Shown in pieces: positions 1 through 10,549 of a stretch of 64,000 nucleotides of DNA. Source of the stretch: an uncultured Gemmatimonadales bacterium (GTDB lineage Bacteria; Gemmatimonadota; Gemmatimonadetes; Gemmatimonadales; GWC2-71-9); assembly GCA_963825815.1 (NCBI GenBank), contig CAWGVB010000008.1:10444-74443 (forward strand), written 5' to 3'. The first letter of the stretch is position 1. Every line of letters begins with the position of its first letter. Made by a program: the position numbers and the translations under genes. The notes under the pieces were generated by a model. It made no database searches. It was not told the origin of the DNA and saw only the letters and a list, made by a program, of their open reading frames with translations.

Positions 1-1820
1 GTGGAGCGCAGCAGATAGAACGGCATTGTTTCACCCGTGCCCGGTATGCCCGGCCCCGTGGCCCGAATCAGATCACCCGGAAGGTCGATCAGCGCGCTGA
101 TTCTGGCGCCCGCTTTGCCGGAGGAGCTGAGACGGAGCGGGTCCAGGCGAATCGGGGACGAAACGTTGAGCGTCGGCGACGAATTCGTCGCTCAGCTCGG
201 CGGGCACCCAGTGGCCCGGCGACCGTCACCTCGCTGCGCCCGCTCAGGTGCAGCGGCAGCTCGAGCAGCTGATCGGAGGCCGAGGAGAGATCCACGATGT
301 CCAGCAGGTAGTTGGGTCCGGAGACCAGAGTCCGGGTCAGATCGCCGAATCTGCCCCGGGCCCAGGCCCATTCTCCCTGCTGGTCGAAGTTGTCGCACAG
401 CGCATCGCCCGAGCCGCTGCGACACACCGTCCAGACGGGGAGCGTTGTGGGCCAGCGTCGAACGATACCAGAAGAGGTCCCGGGCGACGTACGAGCCGGT
501 GCCAAGGTCCGGCAGCCAGTACTCCCCGTCGGCGTGGAGCACGAGGTTCAGCCGATCGGGGTGTCCGTGTCCTCCACCATGAGGCCCCGCATTCCAGGCT
601 GGCGTAGCGGTTGCCCTGGCGCAGAATGGCGAGCCCCTGTCCCTCGAAGAAGACGCTTCCGGGAGACCAGGCACCGGTGCCCTCAGGAAGACTGGGCAGC
701 ATCTCGAGCAGCGACCACCAGGAGAGATCGGCACGAGTCCGGGGTGAGGTGGGCGGAGCTTCACCGGCCTCGTGCAGATAGGAGTCGAAAGTCTGAGCCG
801 GGGGCGCAGGGTGACTGGTACAGAAGACGGAGCCAGTCCCATAGATCCGGCTGCGGAACGCCGGCACGCTCGAGGCGCGCCAATCCAACCTCCCAAAGCT
901 CGAGGTACATCGGCTGCGCCAGAGACACCCCGAACCGTGAGTCCTTGCGCGCGGGGAAGGTCCCATCGGGCAGGGCGGTCAGACGCCGGTGCCCGGAGGG
1001 CGGCACTCAGCCGGTCGGCGAGCTGAGAGTCAGCCAGCAGATCGACGCCGGCCTGGCGAGCCCAACCCATGGCTACCAGCTGGCCCCGCAGCGCAAACAG
1101 GTGGTAGTTATCGCCCTCGAACCACATCCCGTCGGGCCCAAACCCATGGAGCAGATGGGTCAGGATGCCGCTACGTCCCTCGAGCATGCGGGTGGCCAGT
1201 TCCTCGTCCTCGAACCACACAGCCACCGCGGCGAGCGCGGCATTGTGCCAGGTCTGCCGGTTGGAGAGGCCCTCATCGAACTCGCCAATCAGATTGGCGG
1301 CCTCGTCGGCCACGGCCGCCACGATCTCCGCGGTTTCCGCCTCCAGCAGCCCTCCATCCCGAAGCAGCGTTGCGGCCGCCAGGTAGTTGGTCAGCCAGAT
1401 GGACTCGAGATAGGTGGAGAAGAAGAGCCGGCTGGGCCCCAGCACGTTGTCGCGGTTGGGATACGCAGGGTAGTTCCGATACGCCTGGAGGACGGCATTG
1501 GCCCGGGTAGCGGCATCTTCACGACCGGCCATAGAGGCCAGCGTGGCCAGATGAGCGGCTCGCTCCGACACCCACAGGTGTTGATAATGGGCCCAGGCCC
1601 GGTCGTGCCGCTCGCCGGTGAAGCGGCGCCCACAGCGAGGACAGCGGTGCTCGGTGGGGCTCCAGGGATCGAACTCGAGCCGGACACCGTGCTCAGGACA
1701 GACTCCGCCATCTGCGGTCAACAAGGCCTTTGCTTCAGGAACCAGAGGGCATGCGCTGCAGCACCGGAGCCGCTCGCTGTGCCAGCCGCTCCAGCAGTGC
1801 CGCCAATTCCGGAGACCCAA
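1..1820 (-). pseudogene. heparinase II/III-like protein, frame broken several times; 3' end runs off the window
   Basis: Sense runs through minus-strand pieces 192..1820 (N-terminus with CPEHG..CPRCG and YLESIWLTNYL), 761..1006 and 337..966. It returns to the 192..1820 frame (GGGHGHPDRLNLVLHADGEYWLPDLGTGSY, a Hepar_II_III-type His-rich signature), then continues in 89..505. My translation of bases 1-150 (..LIRATGPGIPGTGETMPFYLLRS) is still open at base 1. Confidence 0.7.
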
Positions 1821-1856
1821 CGATTTCCTGCTGCCGCGTTTCCAGCTCCTCTGCGG

Positions 1857-2870
1857 TCAACACAGGTAGACTCCCCTCATCGCCCAGGACACCGGCAGGA
1901 GCTGGGCACCCAGATTTCGCGCGGCCGCCATCATTGCCGAGGGGTCATCGGGAGCGAGAAAGAACATGCAGCCTCCCGCGCCCGAACCCGCCGCCTTTCC
2001 GCCGAGCGAGCCCGCGCTCGCCATTGCCCGCTCGAGATTGGCCATTTCTGAAGTCGACATTCGGGCATCCAACGCGAGCTGGTGGCGCCAGTTCTGGCTG
2101 AGCAGCTGTCCAACCCGGGAGAAGTCCGCGGCGACGAGCGCGCCGGCCATATCGTCCGCAACATCCCGAAGTCCATGGAGTGCGTCATGTACGCTGGAAT
2201 CTCCCTCCTCGTACGCGCGCATCACCCGCTCGATGGTGGTGCCGGAGAAGCGGGAGGCCCCGGTGTAGCACAGTACGAGGCGCCGAGCCAGCTGCGCCAT
2301 GAATTCCGGATCCAGCTTGAGCCGCTGAACCTCAGCCTGAGGATCACGAAAGGTCAACCGAAGAAATCCACCATAGGAGGAGGCGAACTGGTCCTGCCGC
2401 CCGCCCGGCATTGCCGCCTCCACCGCTTCCAGGTGACAGGCGGTCTCGGCGATTTCGAATGGATCGCGAGTCTCGCCTCGAGCGGAGCTCAAGGCGGCGA
2501 CCAGGGCCACATCGAGGGCTCCGGAGCTGCCCAGTCCGGAGCCGGGAGGCGCATCGGTGCGGGTCAGCAGAGTGCACCCACCGACCGGCAGCATTCGAAG
2601 CCCGGCCTTCTGCAGGTCCAGTCTTCCGTTGCGAACCAGACCGGAGGAATCGCTGACCTCGAGCTGGTCGTGGAGGTCTTCGGCAACGAGACGGAAGCCG
2701 GTGCCTCCCAGCCGCACCTCGGCCCGGGCGAAGAGCCGGATGGCGGCGGTTACCACGACGCCCCCTTCTCGAGCGGAGAAGGGCGGAACGTCGGTCCAGC
2801 CTCCAGCGAGATCCAGACGCACCGGTGCCGTGGCCGCGAAGGCGGGCTCGCTCACCGGCTCACCCACCAC
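1857..2870 (-). CDS. GHMP-family sugar(-phosphate) kinase
   Basis: Intact 337-aa ORF with the GHMP ATP-binding motif PPGSGLGSSGA. The substrate is not assignable from sequence. Confidence 0.85.
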   Translation of the reverse strand: MVGEPVSEPAFAATAPVRLDLAGGWTDVPPFSAREGGVVVTAAIRLFARAEVRLGGTGFRLVAEDLHDQLEVSDSSGLVRNGRLDLQKAGLRMLPVGGCTLLTRTDAPPGSGLGSSGALDVALVAALSSARGETRDPFEIAETACHLEAVEAAMPGGRQDQFASSYGGFLRLTFRDPQAEVQRLKLDPEFMAQLARRLVLCYTGASRFSGTTIERVMRAYEEGDSSVHDALHGLRDVADDMAGALVAADFSRVGQLLSQNWRHQLALDARMSTSEMANLERAMASAGSLGGKAAGSGAGGCMFFLAPDDPSAMMAAARNLGAQLLPVSWAMRGVYLC

Positions 2871-4304
2871 CGCTGCACCGTAGGAAGCTCTCCCCGGAGG
2901 TCCATCGTCACCCCGTGGACCCGGCGGTTCATACCCTGTAGACCTCGGGGATGATAGAGAAAAGCTGCAGGCACCGAATCAGCAATCAGCTGTTGGGCCA
3001 GCCCGGGATCGGATGGAACCCGGATGCCGGCGAGCGACGCGAGCGGACCGAGATACCCCAGCGCAAGGTCGCCCGGAATGCCCAGTACGGCAGCCTGAAA
3101 ATCGTGCGACCGGCCGTAGACCCGGGCCAGAAAGGCGGAGAGCTCGAGCTGGCGCAGCGTAACATCAAAGCCGGCGCTCTTCAGCCGAGCCTGGAGCATC
3201 TGCTCCAACGCGGCCTCTCCACTGCCCACCGTCAGTAGCTCGAACGCTGTGCGGGAGCCGGTTGAAACCGGAACCGGGCCTGCTGCGGACGCACGAACAG
3301 GAACATAGCCGGGAGCCGTCGGGGGAACCGGACCCTCGCGCGGGTGTCCCAAATCCGTAGATGTAACCGTCCACCAGCTCCTTACGATCGATTGCGGAGC
3401 TGACCGCCCGACGCAAGCTCAGCTGGTCGAACGGTGGGCGGCGAGTGTTGAACAGCACTGCGTCGGTCCACAGCAGCGGATAGGTGAGAACCGCAAGCTC
3501 GGGGTTATGGCGGACAAACTCGGCGTGGGCCGGCTGGATGCCGGCGAAGTCGAGCTCGCCCGAGGTGAGCGCCGCCAGCTTGGTGGTGGGCTCATTCACC
3601 ACTACCACGATGAAGCGGTCCAGCCGGGGTGGTCCACCCAGGGCGGCAGGAAACGAGCGGTTGGCGCTGAAGACCCATCGCCGGTTCGCCTCATGGGAAA
3701 CGAACCTGAATGGTCCGTTGCCAACCGGCGAGCTGTTCCAACCGGCCTGCCGCAGATCGGCCGGTTTCACTCCCAGGAAGAGATGGGCCGGGAGAATGGC
3801 GAGGTCAGTCAGCAGATCGGGGAAACTGCGCTGGGCCTCTCGAAAACGCACGACCACGCTCGAGTCGTCCGGAGCCGAAACGGTGTCGAAGGCGACCATC
3901 TCGTTCTGCCGGGGATAGCCTGTGGCGGGATCGCGCGCGGTGTTGAGGGTCCAGACCACATCCCGCGCCGTGGTGGGAAGACCATCATGCCAGCGCACGC
4001 CGGTCTGAAGGTCGAGAGTGAGTGTTCGATGATCCTGCGACCAGCGCCAGGATCGCGCCAGATAGGGCTGCGGCGTCATGCTGCTGTCGTAGCGCGCGAG
4101 CGTGGTGAGCAGCACGTAGCGCTGGACCTGCCGGGCAAGCGGGTGGACCGTGAGCAGTGGATTGATGCTTTGCAGGTCGGCGCCCGAGGCAAACAGCACG
4201 GTAGCGCCGCGGCGCTCCGCGCTCGAGCCGCAGGCGACGACACCAATAGCCAGGAGAGGAATCGAGAAGTGGCGCCCGAGCACGGCGTATTTTAGCGGCA
4301 ACAC
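2852..4304 (-). pseudogene. ABC transporter substrate-binding protein (peptide/nickel family 5), one frame break near 3350
   Basis: ORF 3165..4304 has a GTG start, a lipoprotein signal (LLAIGVVACGS) and a family-5 SBP body. Sense continues in ORF 2852..3352 (..FDVTLRQLELSAFLARVYGRSHDF..). Confidence 0.8.
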
Positions 4305-4319
4305 TGTCTACATTGAACC

Positions 4320-5299
4320 ATGGTGAGAGCACTCTTGCGCCGCGCCTTCACCGGCCTTGCCGTGGTTCTGGGCGTGGTCACTCTCATGTTTTTTCTCATT
4401 CGGCTCGCGCCCGGCGACCCCGCCCTCCTCCTCGTTGGACCCACGGCTTCAGAGGAACAATTGGCTGCTCAGCGGAGAAGCCTCGGGCTGGACCAGCCCC
4501 TGCCGCAGCAGTACGCCAACTGGCTGGCTCGATTTACCCGGGGGGACTGGGGCACCAGCATTGCAACCGGCCGCCCGGTAAGTGCGATGATCGCCGAAGC
4601 GTGGCCTGCCACCGTTCGCCTGGTAGGGCTCTCGCTGCTCTCTGAGCTATGTCCTGGGGATCGGCGTTGGTGCGATCCAGGCGGCCAGCGGTGGCCGGCG
4701 TGGACACCTCGTTGTCGGTAGTTACCGTGACGCTGTTTGCTCTGCCCGGCTATTGGCTGGGCCTCATGCTGGTGATGGTTTTCACCTACTGGGCCAGGGC
4801 CCTGCCTGCGTTCGGCGCGGCAGGCTTCGACGCCGACTTTCTGACCGGCTGGAGCCGGATGGCAGATCGGCTCCGCCACCTGGCCTTGCCCTTGACCACC
4901 CTGACGCTCATCGGTGTGGGCGGCGTCGCCCGGTACGTGAGAGGGGCAATGCTCGATGTGCGCGGCGCGCCGCACGTCGCGGTGGCACGGGCCAAGGGAC
5001 TTTCACCCGCGGAGGTGAATCTTCGGCACGTGCTGCGGAACGCCCTCATCCCGGTGGTAACCCTGTTGGGTCTTTCGTTGCCCGCCCTGTTCTCGGGCGC
5101 GGTGTTCATCGAGTCCATCTTTGCCTGGCCGGGTGTCGGCCGGATCATGGTCGAAGCGGTAGGAGCGCGGGACTACCCGGTCATCATGGCGGCGACCGCG
5201 GTGAGCGCAGTCCTGGTGGTAGCCGGCAACCTCGTGGCCGAGCTCCTGACCGCATGGGTTGATCCGAGGGTACGTACCGCCCACGCGGGAGCCCAGTGA
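4320..5299 (+). pseudogene. ABC transporter permease (DppB/OppB-like), two frame breaks (~4645, ~4690)
   Basis: ORF 4320..4721 (MVRALLRRAFTGLAVVLGVVTLMFFLIRLAPGDP) leads into a short middle frame (SYVLGIGVGAIQAA). Sense then continues in ORF 4649..5299 (..VARAKGLSPAEVNLRHVLRNALIPVV..). Confidence 0.8.
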
Positions 5300-6157
5300 T
5301 GTTGCCCTCGCACTCCTTGCTGCGGGACCGGCGGGCGCAGTTCGGGCTGGTGGTGATCCTGTTGGCCATGGTGATCGCGCTGGCGGCTCCACTCCTGGCC
5401 GGCGATCCGGTGGTGCAACGGGACATCGTCGCCACCCGCTTCCTGCCACCCACTCAGTACCGATGTGCACGGCGCTTTTCACGCCTTGGGCACCGACCGC
5501 TTCGGACGCGACGTATGGGCCCGTCTGGCCTATGGCGCGCGGATCTCCCTGGGAGTCGGGGTGCTCGCCGTGCTGCTCTCGGTGACCATCGGGGTCCTGA
5601 TCGGAGCTGCTTCAGGCTTCTGGCCCGGCGCGGTGGGCACCCTGCTGCTGGGGCTGACCGACTTCGCATTGGCGCTTCCCCGAGTGGTGCTCCTGCTGCT
5701 GCTCGCCTCGCTCTGGCAGCCGAGTGCCGCTCTGGTGGTGGCGGTGCTGGGTGTGACCGGTTGGATGACGGTAGCGCGCCTGGTGCATGGAGAGGTTCGG
5801 GCGCTTTCCGCGCGCCCATTCGTGGAGAGTGCCGTTGCCCTTGGGGTCAGAGGCCCGCGAGTACTGGTGCGACACATCCTGCCCAACGCCATGACTCCGG
5901 TGATCGTCACCGCGGCGCTCGGGGTCGGCAACGCCATCATGCTGGAGGCCGGGCTTTCGTTTCTGGGACTGGGAGTGCAGCCGCCGACCCCGTCGTGGGG
6001 CAATCTGATCGCCTCGGGCCGAGATACCCTGGTCAATGCTCCGTGGGTAGCGACGGCGCCCGGAGTAGCGCTGGTGCTGGTGGTGGTTGCGGCAACGCTA
6101 CTGGGAGATGCGCTGCGGGATCGGATGGATCCGGCTCAGCGCCGGGAAGTGATCTGA
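5296..6157 (+). pseudogene. ABC transporter permease (DppC/OppC-like), one frame break near 5460
   Basis: The N-terminus lies in ORF 5296..6249, then sense continues in ORF 5465..6157 (LGTDRFGRDVWARL.., ..ALGVRGPRVLVRHILPNAMTPV..). The start overlaps the stop of the upstream permease. Confidence 0.8.
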
Positions 6158-6158
6158 T

Positions 6159-6662
6159 TCAGCGGCCGGTCCACTGGGCCGAGCCGAGGACCTCGTCGAT
6201 CCGCCGCTCCAAGACCACCAGGGCTCCCGGAGCCGCGCCACAGCCGTAATCGTGCTCCACCCGTTTGGTTCGGCCCTCAGAACTGATGGAGGTGATGGCA
6301 GAAGGAGAGTCGGCGGCGTACCGGCCGCAGACCGGCTCGGCGGCGGCGTATCGGCTGGCAAAAGAGAAGTATCCAGCCCGCTCGAGCTCGGAGAGCAGAG
6401 CCTGAACTTTCTCGGGCGATATCCGGGAGGACGCCTTGCCCAGCTGTCGGACCTGGGCTTGTCCCTCGTAGCTCACGACGCCGTCAGAAGTGACGGCCAG
6501 GCGATAGACCGGGCAGCCGCCGAAGCAGGCCGTGCGCTCCAGGGTAATGACCGGAGCGGATACAGAATCGACCGCCATGCCTTCGGTTGAACCAGAGCTC
6601 GAGTTACGGGAGGCGCAGGCGCTGGACCACAGCACGAGAGCCAGAGCGGCGAACCGCCTCAC
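6159..6662 (-). CDS. DUF6438-like lipoprotein
   Basis: Intact 167-aa ORF with signal plus lipobox (LVLWSSAC) and the CFGGCPVY motif that I recall as typical of DUF6438. Its GTG start overlaps the metzincin stop (GTGA). Confidence 0.65.
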   Translation of the reverse strand: MRRFAALALVLWSSACASRNSSSGSTEGMAVDSVSAPVITLERTACFGGCPVYRLAVTSDGVVSYEGQAQVRQLGKASSRISPEKVQALLSELERAGYFSFASRYAAAEPVCGRYAADSPSAITSISSEGRTKRVEHDYGCGAAPGALVVLERRIDEVLGSAQWTGR

Positions 6663-8887
6663 TGGATCCGCATCCGCCGCAACTGGCTACGCACTCCTGA
6701 CGACAGCAGCAGGTCGACCTGAGCCTTCCGGGTAGCCAACTCCACCTCGCCGCCGCGGGCAAAGGAGAGTACCTCTCCGCTGTCCGGGTCGCGCACCATC
6801 ACCATAGGATGCGCCGTGTTATCCCACCGGAGAGACACGCGGTCGCCGGCGATGCGCCGCACCACGACGTCCGCGGGCACCGCTCCAGGGCCCTGAGCGA
6901 TCGTACCGCCCGAATCCGCCAGCGCCGCCTGCCGCCCCTGGCCGGTTACCCGAATCCGGGCGAGCCGGGCTGCACCGACGGTCGAGAGAGGTATGGCAAA
7001 GACGAAATTCTGCTGCGCCGCGGGAGCGTCGACCACGGCATTGGGACTGAACGACATCGAGAAAATCGATTTGCCGGTGGAGTCCTGCCCGTCCAACAGG
7101 TAGGGACCGCGACGGCCGGGAAGTGCGGGCCGAGTAGAGACCTGAAAGGCAGGCTCGAGAACGATCTCATCGTTCACGATGTGTCCCCAGACCAGAAGGC
7201 ACGGCTGGATGTCTGCGCTGCCCACCGACGAAAGAATGGGCGGGCTGGGCGACCGAAGGTAGTTCATCACCCCGCGGTAGGTGTAGTCGCTGATCCATTT
7301 GGGATCACAGTAGCCCATGATATCGGCCAGGGTAGATGCCTCCAGCGTCTTGGCGGCCACGTCCATTCCATATGCACCGGTGCTGCCGTCCGCCCTGGGG
7401 TATTGAGGATCGATGCCGGCGGGTCCGCCGCACGGCGCGTGGTTGCGGCCCCAGTTGTGTCCCAGCTCGTGCGCCGCGACGACGCTCCCCGAAGGCAGAT
7501 AATCCCAGCCCAGAGCGGCGCGCTGCCCGCTTCCGGGAGTAGTGCCGGGGATACTGACGTATGCCACGCCGGCAACCCCGCTCGTGTAGGTGACCCGGGC
7601 AACGCCGAAGTAATAGCGGGGGCTGTGTTCCGTGACCCGAAGCGCATCGATTTCACCCAGGATGGTCCCCCACGCCCCGTTGCTGTTGTTGGCCTGGAGT
7701 GTGAGGGCAGTCTTGGTCGAATACGCGGCGTGGACCACGGTGCTGAAAGTATCGATCGGATGCATGCGCTGGGTGCTGACCAGGAAGCTGTCCTTGTTTG
7801 TGGCTGACACTCGGCCCAGCAGATGATTCCCGGACTGCAGCACCGGCACGAGCGTCACGTCGAGCGGGGGGACGAACTGCACGTTCAGCAGTGCCGGTCC
7901 TCCGGTGGCAGGGTACACGTTATCGGTGGTGCTTGTCTCCGGAATCTGGGTTGCACCCGCGGGATTGACCTCGGCCTCGACAGCCAGCCCGGGCTGAATG
8001 AGTGCGCCTGATAGCGTGGTGTCCCAGGAATAGGCCAGAGAGCTTTCATCTACCGCCGTGGGTACCGAGAGACCTGAGGGCGGGATGTTGATGGTCGAGA
8101 ACAGCCCTCCGCCGTTGAACAGACGAACCTGCACCGTGGGAGCCACGGTGTTCGCCCGGTCGGCCACCACAAACACCCGCAGGTAACCATCGCGTCCCTG
8201 GACCAGCGGCACCGATCCGCCGGCATCCTGCACGCTCTGCGTTACGTACACCCTGGCTATGCAGAGATTCACGCTACCGTCGTTGGGGGGAGGATTGTAG
8301 TCCACCGTTGCGACCGCGGTACTCCGGGCCACCACGTTCACATCCTGACTGTCGGGGCTGGCGGTGTGGGTGGCGCATCCGATCGAGGCCGCGTCGGTGG
8401 CCTTCACGGTATAGACGCCGGGATCGAGGCCCGCCAGCGTTGTGGTACCATCGACCGGTTGGTTGTATCCACCGGGGCCGGTTACGGTAATTGCCGCGCT
8501 GCGACTGGTGCCGAGACCATTCACGTCCACGGTGAGGGTACCGGCGGCCTGGGAATAGAAGACCGAGGCGGTGGCCTGAGTGTTGGTAGCGGCAACGGTT
8601 ACCGTCTGCGACGGTGGGCTTGGATCGTAGGTGGAGTTACTGACCGGCACCGCCGTAGCACTGACGGTATAGACTCCCGGCGTCACCTGACTGAAGGTCT
8701 GAGTGGCCGAAACCGGCTGATTGAAGTTGTCGGGGCCGGTGACTGTGACTGCGGCGGCCGTTCCGTTGGGAAGTCCGAGGATGGTGACGCGAAGGCTTCC
8801 GGCGCTCGGACCACTCGGGCCGCCATCACAACCCAATAACAGCAGTAGAAGAAGCCAGGCCGGGCGTCTATCGGCTGCGAAACTCAT
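6659..8887 (-). CDS. secreted metzincin-type zinc metalloprotease with N-terminal Ig-like repeats
   Basis: Likely start MSFAADRRPAWLLLLLLLGCDG at 8887, preceded by GGAG; the ORF track extends to 8980. Two ~95-aa repeats are present (..VTVTGPDNFNQPV.. and ..ITVTGPGGYNQPV..). HELGHNWGRNH matches HExxHxxGxxH. Confidence 0.8.
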   Translation of the reverse strand: MSFAADRRPAWLLLLLLLGCDGGPSGPSAGSLRVTILGLPNGTAAAVTVTGPDNFNQPVSATQTFSQVTPGVYTVSATAVPVSNSTYDPSPPSQTVTVAATNTQATASVFYSQAAGTLTVDVNGLGTSRSAAITVTGPGGYNQPVDGTTTLAGLDPGVYTVKATDAASIGCATHTASPDSQDVNVVARSTAVATVDYNPPPNDGSVNLCIARVYVTQSVQDAGGSVPLVQGRDGYLRVFVVADRANTVAPTVQVRLFNGGGLFSTINIPPSGLSVPTAVDESSLAYSWDTTLSGALIQPGLAVEAEVNPAGATQIPETSTTDNVYPATGGPALLNVQFVPPLDVTLVPVLQSGNHLLGRVSATNKDSFLVSTQRMHPIDTFSTVVHAAYSTKTALTLQANNSNGAWGTILGEIDALRVTEHSPRYYFGVARVTYTSGVAGVAYVSIPGTTPGSGQRAALGWDYLPSGSVVAAHELGHNWGRNHAPCGGPAGIDPQYPRADGSTGAYGMDVAAKTLEASTLADIMGYCDPKWISDYTYRGVMNYLRSPSPPILSSVGSADIQPCLLVWGHIVNDEIVLEPAFQVSTRPALPGRRGPYLLDGQDSTGKSIFSMSFSPNAVVDAPAAQQNFVFAIPLSTVGAARLARIRVTGQGRQAALADSGGTIAQGPGAVPADVVVRRIAGDRVSLRWDNTAHPMVMVRDPDSGEVLSFARGGEVELATRKAQVDLLLSSGVRSQLRRMRIQ

Positions 8888-9236
8888 CGGGGCTCCTCGG
8901 CCATGCTCAATCCTCAGGGCGAATGAACTGCGGGAAGAACCATTGCGTTCTGCACCGGCCTGCGCTGCAATTACTCGCACCGTCCACAGCCGCGGGGCGC
9001 GGTATAACGCCTGGGGCTGTGCCGTCTAACGTAAGTTCCAGTGTCGTGTTAGCTCGTAGGAGCCGAACGAATACTCGGCGGAGATCCGCCGGTATGAATG
9101 CGCTGCACCCTCAAACCGGTGACAACCGTGGGCCTGAGCGTTTCAACGACGGAAGGTTCGGCAATACCCGCGCCAATGGCGGGGCCGGAGAGTTAAGGAC
9201 TAGACGGGTTGGGAGTGAAGCAGAGCCTGCTGGTGC

Positions 9237-9675
9237 CTACGCGGCGCTGGAACCTCCGCCACGGCTGCGCACGCAGCGGTGGACCTCAGCCAGGAGTCGC
9301 TCGGCGGGAAACGGCTTGGGGAGAATGCTGCAGGGAGTGGCGATGCCTAGCTCGGAAAGCGCCGCGGTGGCGTAGCCGGACATCAGAACCACGGGCACAC
9401 CAGGATGGGACTCGGCTCACCGCCTGCATCAGCTCCACGCCATTTATGCGAGGCATCACGATATCAGAGACGATCAGGTCGACCGTCACCTGTCCTGCCC
9501 GGAGCATTTCGAGTGCTTCGTGCCCATCAGCGGCTTCGAGGACGTCGTAACCGTCGCGCTGCAGTACTCGCACGGCAAACCGACGCACAGCGGCCTCGTC
9601 GTCCACCACCAGTACGCTTACTCCAGAGCCGGCGCGGGTCGGCGAGGAGTGGGAGAACTCGTCGAGGGTCTGCAT
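9237..9675 (-). pseudogene. single-domain response regulator (receiver), one frame break near 9410
   Basis: The protein reads MQTL..VLVVDDEAAVRRF..DLIVSDIVMPRINGVEL. The shifted frame gives ..HPGVPVVLMSGYATAALSELG..KPFPAERLL.. and ends at TAG 9237. Confidence 0.75.
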
Positions 9676-9769
9676 ATCTGGTCTTGTTGAGGGACGGGGA
9701 GCAATGTAATGCCGGCAGAGATTCGTCACCACCCCGGGGCGGTTTGGTCCGGAGCCAAGGGTTCCCGGT

Positions 9770-10549
9770 CTATTCCGGGCGCCGCCCGACGCGCAGGGTC
9801 AGGGGCCAGCGGACCAGCCGGGAGCTTCGGTTGTCGCCCCACAGGCGCTGCAGCTCGCGTCCCAGCTCGGGTATTGGGTCTGATCCATTTGCCTCCCGGT
9901 AAAGCTGGGTAGCGGACCAGGTTCCGATGTAGCCCAGCAGCTCGTCCAGAGTCCACTGCTGCTGCATCTGAAACTCCGGGTGATCGAGCTCGGGATACGG
10001 AAAGCTGATGGTGGTGTACCCGGCTTCTACGTGACACCGTTCGGGAGGCCAGTAAGGGCCCACCACTTCATGGTAGAACCGGGTTACGACGGCGTTCACC
10101 GCCGGGTCTTCGAGCACCTGGTTGCCATAGAGCTCATCACACCCAAACGCTCCGTAGGTCCAGACCGCCAAGATACCGCCTGGTTTGAGTACCCGGCTCA
10201 CCTCAGCGTAGAACCGTTCCGGCTCGAACCAGTGCAACGCCTGAGCGACGGTGACCAGGTCCACGCTCCCGGGCTGGAGCCCACTTTCATAGGCGCTGCC
10301 CTGGCGGTAGTCAACAGAGGGGTGTGCGGGCGCCTGGGCCAGCATGGAGCTGCTGATGTCGGTGGCGATTACCCGCCGGAAGTATCGGGCAAGCGGGATA
10401 CTGGCCTGGCCACTTCCCGCGGCGCAGTCCCACACCAAATCATGTCCGGTGGCTGCGCCAGCCAGGAAGGCGAACAACTCATCGGGGTAAGCCGGCCGCC
10501 GCAGCGCATAGGCATCTGCAACCACCGAGAAGTGGTCGGAGGCTTTCAC
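9770..10549 (-). CDS. class I SAM-dependent methyltransferase
   Basis: Intact 259-aa ORF with motif I VWDCAAGSGQAS and ..LKPGGILAVWTYG... Its start overlaps the DmpA stop. Confidence 0.85.
   Translation of the reverse strand: MKASDHFSVVADAYALRRPAYPDELFAFLAGAATGHDLVWDCAAGSGQASIPLARYFRRVIATDISSSMLAQAPAHPSVDYRQGSAYESGLQPGSVDLVTVAQALHWFEPERFYAEVSRVLKPGGILAVWTYGAFGCDELYGNQVLEDPAVNAVVTRFYHEVVGPYWPPERCHVEAGYTTISFPYPELDHPEFQMQQQWTLDELLGYIGTWSATQLYREANGSDPIPELGRELQRLWGDNRSSRLVRWPLTLRVGRRPE

Noticed and set aside
312-2051. 579-aa plus-strand ORF
   Set aside because: It is antisense to the heparinase-like and GHMP genes. Its composition is Arg/Pro/Gly-rich and low-complexity, typical of shadow ORFs in high-GC DNA, and it has no motif.
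2852-6157. ABC importer lacking ATPase genes as an anomaly
   Set aside because: The SBP and two permeases are present, but the next gene is on the other strand. ATPase subunits are often encoded elsewhere or shared, so this is not informative from one window.
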